From NCBI RefSeq assembly GCF_964355755.1, contig NC_092671.1:15493742-15557741 (forward strand): a stretch of DNA of 64,000 nt, given 5' to 3'. This DNA comes from Antedon mediterranea (Eukaryota > Animalia > Echinodermata). The notes under the pieces are model-generated. The model was not told the origin of the DNA, searched no databases, and saw only the letters and a list, made by a program, of their open reading frames with translations. This document shows positions 56,533 to 64,000 of this stretch, piece by piece. Numbering within the stretch: the first letter of the stretch is position 1; each line of letters starts with the position of its first letter. Made by a program: the position numbers and the translations under genes.

Positions 56533-59379
56533 GTTCACCATACTAGACTGTTGCCTTCATCAGTGATGAGGAGTTTATTGTGTTAATGAGTCATGTTGTA
56601 AATTCCAAGAACCTCCACTGGGAGGTTATTATTTATGATAATATGGGAATTCAATGAATCTTGAAAAATCTACCACTGTAGGCCTAAAATATCATTTGGT
56701 TTGTAATAATCAGTCGGGCAGCAAAGTGGTTGACCTCGCGAATTATTACCAAATCAAAATTTGAATTGCCGCCATCTTGGAATCGCGATAAAGCAAGTAG
56801 TGCGGAATTACAAAATGCAGCAAAAAAAATTTTCAATAACGTTTAAATAGCATATTCATACAATTTAATTTATATTAATACAATTCAACTAAGGATTTTA
56901 CGAAAGATGGGCTACTTAAGAAATACTGCCGAGATCGGTTCCCCCACACGGCGTAGGATACCGCAGTGCTAAGGGGCCTAGGTAGGAAAAAATCTGATTT
57001 TACCTGTTAAACATGCTTGAACCAAGGCCATTTTAATATATATTATCCAGATTATATATCAAAACAAACTGATAAAAGGATTTGTTGATTTGCTTCTGAT
57101 GAGAAAAGTGCCGGATTCATTTCGCTGACGGCGAATGAATACACGAATTTTCGCCATTTTCTAGCACTAGCCTTGGGTACCCAGACAGCTGATAACGATT
57201 ATATTCGATTGTCCAGACGTCTCTGCTACTGGTGCTCAATACTATACTACAGTATGTATTACTGTACCATGGACCTATAGGTCCATGGTATTACTATACA
57301 TACTAGTACTGTATGTTTAGTTTTTGCTTTCTTTATGGCAAAATAAATATTTGATTTTTATTATTGCTTATTTTCCTTTAACTTTATCCAAGAAGAAGTA
57401 AATATTATTATATATATGCATATTACAGTCAAGTTGCAACTGCCACGAATCCACTCCACTTTGGTTACTAACTAAATAATTAATAGTAACTAACAAATTA
57501 ACAAGTTAACAAATTAACCACCATTAAATAATTTTATTTACACAAAAGTATTTTACATACAGTATAACATGTAATATCTTGTTTACATCGAAGTAAAATA
57601 TGCCTATCAAACTATCTTGCTCAGGCTAAAATATCAAGTTATATATGTCAATATTTGAGTTAAATCATCGAGATAATAAAAATTTTTATTTTTTTTTAAT
57701 TTTTAAAGACATCTGTTACGTACATCAATTTACAAATATCAAAATAGGATTGTTTTTGCAGCACAAGATGAATCACAAGTCGGATAGTAATTTATTCTTA
57801 GAAACCTGAAAGAAAAAAAAACACCAATAATGAGCTATTCATAGTTAAATAATTTTAATGTCAACTTTAGTCATCCTAAATTTTGTCGCCATGATCACTA
57901 CTATACTGTATATATAATTATAAATATCATACTATGTACGACCATCCAAATTACCTAATCATACCTACAGTCCTTCCTAGCCTAGGCTACATTATTGTCA
58001 TTATATATTTACAAACCTCCAACAGCCACAACGTATTTTCTTTTCTTTGGCAAAGAATTTCCCGTAATATAGTCCTAAATTAATTAAATAAATTAAAAGG
58101 TCTAGGCCTTTCTTTAAATATCCGACGATATATATCCATAATCCAGTGGATATAGATTCAACATTTTAAACATAATATGGCTTCACATTGATTATAATAA
58201 GTCGGCGATATGCCACTAAAAACTAGCCTGCGGCCCTCTCTATCCCCTACAAATAGCACTGGGTTTCCGTCAAATGGGCTAGGCCTAGCCCTAGATAATA
58301 CAAGTTGGGTACATTTTTTTACAACCAAATAATCTACAATTATATTGCAATATTTACCAAACTAGCACCAAATCCAAAATAATAAAGCTACTAATAACAT
58401 ACTTTGGTATATTAACTGGTTTAAAAACGGATTGCACAATCATAGTGATTTTGAAGGATTGAAATTACTCAACCACACGGCCTGTACTAAACATACGAAT
58501 CCAAGATGGAGTCTGCTTAGAATATATCCCCAGCTTTGAACGGATATTGAATCCGTCCCACAAGCTGAACCAAGCTTAAACTTTCAGAAAAGATAGATTA
58601 ATAACCTAATAACTAACCACTAAGTTTTAATAAAGGTTCCGTGCTGATGAGAAAAGTGCCGGATTCCCTACGAAACCAAACAAATAAATCATGTAGCCTA
58701 CCTCAACGAACACCTCCATCTGCACTTTTTTCTTCAATAAGCTCTGTCGTCATTTCCTGGGCTATTTATACCAAAATTTTGTGGCGGGAATAATCTTCCA
58801 TATTAGGAGTAACAATTTCCAAATATAGAAAGATATAATTTAACCCGGATGGTGGAAATTGCAGCAGATTTATAAGGGTATTCCCATGCAAAATGCTTGC
58901 CGCGAAGTGAAAAGCGAACCGGAAGTCACTATAACTTGGCGATGCTCAGTGACCTGCGCAGTTAAAAAACAGCGTTTTAACGGCTAAATGAGCACTTTGC
59001 TGCTCGACTGATAATGGCTCTCATTGGATATCAAATCAAACCAATGGCATACCATGAAGGAATACATCCTTATGCTGTAACACTGTGATACATGAAGTAA
59101 GGTGATCAACTGTACAGTATAGAATTTTGATTTTATTTTTGAGTTTCTAAATTAAATATTATAATTTAGTTCAAAAATTCTAAAAGATCAAATAGAGTGA
59201 GGCTTGTGGCTTAATACCTAAAAATCAAAGATGTCACCATATGTTTAACATTTCTAAAGCAAGTTCATAGTTCAAAGTATATCATTGACATAATGAGTCA
59301 TTGTTAGATTTTGACTTATCAAAAGTATCACCCATGCTTCTATCAATTTTATGGTGAATGATATGCACAAATATAGTAG

Positions 59380-59462
59380 TGATATAACATAATTATGTCC
59401 ATTGTATGGGCACATCACATTTTTTCTGACATAAAGTCTGATAGTGTAGACAGAGCTTTAGA
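59380..59462. mobile_element. MITE, same family, fragment (right half)
   Basis: Core plus tctgatagtgtagacagagcttta. Confidence 0.55.
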
Positions 59463-59584
59463 ATCTATGTGTACAAATCCATATGGATCTCATACATAAT
59501 TACTGAATATGACACTTTTATTTTCTTCTAATCCCAGTAAGCAGTTTGTAAAGTGTTTCTTGTTTTCTTCATAGGTTATAAATC

Positions 59585-62500
59585 ATGGAGGTCCTCTCTT
59601 ACCAACTAGTTGTTCTGTTGAGTCTGGTTGCTATAGGGATTGCAAACATTCCCCTTGAACAAGAGGGAGATCATGTTTGTGAGAAAATTGAAAGGTAATT
59701 ATCTTACGTTGTTCTATAATTGCCAAAATATATTTATTACATTTTTAAATTATTTACTATTGGATTGGACATTACTATATATGCAGTACACAATACAGTC
59801 AACTCTCCCAATAACAGACTTTTCTTGAGGTCCAAAACGTCCCAAATTCCTTTTTTTATCATTAAAAACACATTCCGAATACCAGACTTTCCGGAAAACT
59901 AGACATATTTAGCAAGTCCAAAGGTGTCCGGTATTGGGAGAGTCATGGAGTAAGTTACTCCATGTGAGAGTTTACATTAACTTTATATTAACTACCTCGT
60001 CAAAGTGACAAGTTCAAATCAGCTAGTTGGTTATTTTCTTTCTTATAATAGTGATTCCTATTTATCATCATCATAACCATCATTAAACATTATAAATATC
60101 ATAATCGTTAGAGTAATGTCCTCCTTTTTATTACAGCTACCTGGAGTCATATGCAGCCTCCTTTCAAGAACCGTATCAGCAAACGTACTACACAACATGC
60201 TCCGACATCCGTAACCTATTCAAGTGTACCAGAAGAAGGTAAAGTTGAAAGTCTATTTATGGATCCTTGTTAACTCATGAACTTTAACCTTATTTTTCAA
60301 GTAATGTAAACAAACTCAACAGCAATATTAGTTTCATTGAGATATAATTCTAGATCAAATTTGAGGTGTTCTATGGTTTTTGGGGAAGGAAGAGGTCTAC
60401 TTTTTAAAACATAAACTAAAACTTATCCAAGCAAAGATTATGCTTACCATACTGTACATTTTGTTTGAGTGTACTGTATCCTCAGGGAAGAAAATTCCTT
60501 GAACCAGTGGAAGTATTACTATTAGTATGACCACTGAAAAAACAATCTACTACTGTCTGTAAACTGTGGCATTTGTACTCATCAAGGTAACTAATTACAA
60601 TTACAAATAAAGAATAAGACTGATTTCTTTTTTAAATGCTTCCTAATTACATTTCCCATTTTAAAATGTTAGATGGATCCATAACCCTGACTATAATTAA
60701 CTTAAACACCCTATAGATTTGATGGCAATGGCAAACAAATTAATTTGATCAATTTCACATAGCTAATTAAAGTTGTAATAATTGTATTACGATATGTCAC
60801 AGGTTTTTAGTGTATAGGTTATACAGTATTAAGTCCTAGTATTCAATCAGTATTCATATTATTTATTAATCTTTTAATATTTAGTCCTAGTAGTACAGTA
60901 TTGAATTGTTGATATTAATCTTTAATATTTTGGTCTTGGTATATTATTTAGTCTTTAATATTACAGTAATCTTTAATATTTAGTCCTAAGTACAGTATTT
61001 CATTTTTAATATTAATCTTTAATATTTAGTCCTAAGTACAGTATTTCATTTTTAATATTAATCTTTAATATTTAGTCCTAAGTACAGTATTTCATTTTTA
61101 ATATTAATCTTTAATATTTAGTCCTAAGTACAGTATTTCATTTTTAATATTAATCTTTAATATTTAGTCCTAAGTACAGTATTTCATTTTTAATATTAAT
61201 CTTTAATATTTAGTCCTAAGTACAGTATTTCATTTTTAATATTAATCTTTAATATTTAGTCCTAAGTAATGTATTTAATTTTTAATATTAATCTTTAATA
61301 TTTAGTCCTAAGTACAGTACTTAATTTTTAATATTAATCTTTTAATATTTAGTCCTAAGTACAGTATTTAATTTTTAATATTAATCTTTAATATTTAGTC
61401 CTAAGTACAGTACTTAATTTTTAATATTAATCTTTTAATATTTAGTCCTAAGTACAGTACTTAATTTTTAATATTAATCTTTTAATATTTAGTCCTCGTA
61501 AAGTATTTAATTTTTATTATTAGTCTTTAAAATTTAGTCCTTTTTAAAATTAATCTTTAATATTTAGTCCTAGTACAGTTTTTAATTTTTAATTTAATTT
61601 TGTAATTTATTCCTAGTAAAGTATTTAATTTTTAATATTAATCTTTAATATTTAGTACTACAGTAGTACAATATGCAATTTTTAATAATTATTAATCTTT
61701 TAATATTTAATCCTAGTACAGTATTTGATCTTTTATACTAATATTTTAATATATAGTCCTAGTAACAGTATAATTACTTAAAATGGTTATAAAACTAAAA
61801 CAAAGCAGAAAGACAATATCAAAGTTGAAGGGCACAGTTTTGTGGGTGAAACAAAAACTACAGTAGACCTACTGCAGCTGGAGTAATAATACCAAACAAA
61901 TTTACCAAGGAAACCTGTGGTTTAGACCTTCTAGAAGTTGCTATTGTTAACTGTATCATAAAAACACTGTTTGAACGCACGCATTCTAAAATACATATAG
62001 ACTTTTAAACAATGTTAAGAATTGACAGAAAGTTTACACATGTGTGTCTTTTGAGTCCACACTTTCCCATTCAGGATCTATTCTAACCCTCTATTTTCAT
62101 TGGATTGGTTTTTTCTTTGTGTCAGGAACACTTAATTAATTTTACAGATGTAAAATTATAAAGTACATCATTATTTACTGTATTCGGTCAATTCATACTC
62201 ATTTTATCACCATACACTGCATTAACTTTAATCAGTCCCATGATATTATCGGTTGCTGTTCCTTATTACATATCCCATACTACAACTAGTCCCATCTATG
62301 ACATATTAATATTTGTTCTGCTATACATGTACAGTTGCTGTTGACCACTCCCTACTTTGGTTCCTGTGATCCTTAACAATTATAAAATATAAACAGAATT
62401 CGACAAACTTAATTGAATGCCTTTTGGCAAGGTTTATTTCAAAATAGGTTTGAAATACAATGTTTATATCGACTTCATTTCTGCTAAATTCGTACTTACA

Positions 62501-64000
62501 AATAACCATTTAAATCAGCAGGAAATCGCTAGCATTAACCAAAATTCAATGCTCTCAGACTGTCAATTCAAGCGTTACTACAATGTAGTTGACCAAAGGT
62601 CTGCCAAAACCAGAAAATATCGTCTGCTGCCATAAATTGTGGTTAATTTATTCACATGGTTTATCTGGTTATTTTTTCGCGCCAGAAACCATGACCATGA
62701 TATCTTGGAATTGTAGTATGGATATCGTACAGTATACTTTATATTTTAAAATATTGCGGCATTGTTTAAGAGGATCCCCATGTGTTTAACATATTAGATG
62801 GTCCCTGCTTTCAAATGTTTTGTCATATAACATTTTATTATTCTACACCATGACATTTATGTTCGTTCAGGTGTTGATTTTTTATACATACTTTCAATTA
62901 CTATAGTTAAATTTATATTGAATATGATTATTGTCTATTATCTATTCTAAAATTGAAAATTTTATCAAAATTTAATTATTTTAGATTAATTATTTATAAT
63001 TTATTAATTAATTACTGTACAGTAGGCCTGTTATGCTATCTTCACTTTGTGAAATCAATTAAATTATTTATTATTTATTATGAAATGATTATGGTTCCAT
63101 TAGATAGTTAAAAGGTTATAAATTATAAATACAGCCATCATCTCTATCTTTGCAGCTTCATGTCTGCATAAATCAATAAATTAAACAGCTTTTCAGATCA
63201 ATGTGTTAAACTTAAAGTCCAATCACAACAATTTCATAATTCCATCACTGAATCGTCTCTGCTACAATGACACAATAAGCCCATGAACATAATTTGAGTG
63301 GGCTTAATCTATAGAAATGATTAGATTGGTGGATCCACCAGCCCTTTCCCTACCCCCTTGAATCCGCCTTTGAGTGAATATCGTATAACCGATTGTGGCT
63401 TATAAATATAGATTAAAATAGTTTACTTGACCTAAAATTATTTAAAAATCTATATTATAATATACAGTGAATTTTGAAAATTAATTGCACAAATTTAGTA
63501 ATTAATTTGTCTGTGCTTGGTATTCATTTAGAATATTCTCATCGTTTTATTTCTTGCAGACTTCTGTACCGTAAGGCTTACAGACAGGAAGTGCGCACAA
63601 TGTACCGAGCTAAGCGAGAATGTTGCTCAGGTTATGCAAGGAGTGGATCGAATTGTATTCGTAAGTACAGTTTGAATTTTACATTTTTAGTTTATAATAG
63701 TTTTTAATGTACTATCCGCTTTATATAAAGCTCTGTCTACACTATCAAACTTGATGTGGCAAAAGAAATGTGATGTGGTGCCAATATATAGACATGATGA
63801 TGTCATATCACAACCATATTTGGACATATGACAACCATATTTGGGCACATCACACTTTTTTTGATAGTATAGACAGAGCTTAAGATTACACTTTGTACAG
63901 TAATGTATTTATAAAACATGATGATATTTTTGTTTTACTTTCAGCTTTGTGTTCTCCCAGTTGTCTACATGGCACATGTATGTCACCAAATAATTGTGAA
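59585..64000 (+). CDS. 5' part of a MEGF10/MEGF11/Draper(CED-1)-family gene: exons 59585..59694 (signal peptide), 60137..60238, 63560..63660 (EMI domain) and 63945..>64000 (first EGF); continues beyond the window
   Basis: [123 protein letters not shown]... This aligns with human MEGF10 [95 protein letters not shown]. The ATG exon has an upstream acceptor at 59574, so a 5' non-coding exon exists upstream. Confidence 0.75.
60830..61760. repeat. Satellite-like array of about 20 copies of a 44-bp unit (TAATCTTTAATATTTAGTCCTAAGTACAGTATTTCATTTTTAATAT) in an intron of the MEGF-like gene
   Basis: Seen directly. The central copies are near-identical and the flanks are degenerate. Confidence 0.9.
63727..63892. 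mobile_element. MITE, same family (full copy), in an intron of the MEGF-like gene
   Basis: agctctgtctacactatcaaac...tttgatagtatagacagagctt. Confidence 0.8.

Noticed and set aside
57097-57125. Hammerhead ribozyme at the first CTGATGAGAAAAGTGCCGGATTC copy
   Set aside because: CUGAUGA is present but no downstream GAAAC or helix II/III pairing could be drawn. I kept only the second copy as a weak lead in the findings.
1-64000. Prokaryotic defence or operon-type novel system
   Set aside because: There are no long uninterrupted ORFs. All conserved coding sequence is in short exons with GT-AG introns, which is metazoan nuclear DNA.

Overview
This window is eukaryotic (metazoan, most likely a marine invertebrate) nuclear DNA, not prokaryotic: it is AT-rich (about 33% GC), its genes are split into many small exons with GT..AG introns, and the introns are full of MITEs and minisatellites. 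I support five protein-coding genes from the sequence. (1) A 9-exon gene on the + strand at 645..9876 encodes an Asp/Glu-rich acidic protein that I cannot place in any family. (2) A compact 3-exon gene on the + strand at 14582..16985 encodes a secreted, GPI-anchor-type Ly6/uPAR (three-finger) protein. (3) A giant gene on the - strand at about 19528..42750 is a clear ortholog of TEP1 (telomerase-associated / vault protein 1); I mapped 46 exons covering the TROVE (Ro60-like) domain, a DUF4062-type segment, a NACHT P-loop NTPase and a long WD40 array. (4) An 11-exon UBXN4 (erasin) ortholog lies on the + strand at 46227..51669, divergent from TEP1. (5) The 5' part of a MEGF10/MEGF11/Draper-family gene (signal peptide, EMI domain, first EGF domain) lies on the + strand at 59585 and runs past the window end. 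The most unusual non-genic structures are listed in the findings. There are no rRNA genes, no CRISPR arrays and no prokaryotic-style systems. I see no genuinely new multi-gene system; the candidates for novelty are the unidentified acidic protein, the cis-element-laden transposon at the TEP1 promoter and the tRNA-like Pol III unit.
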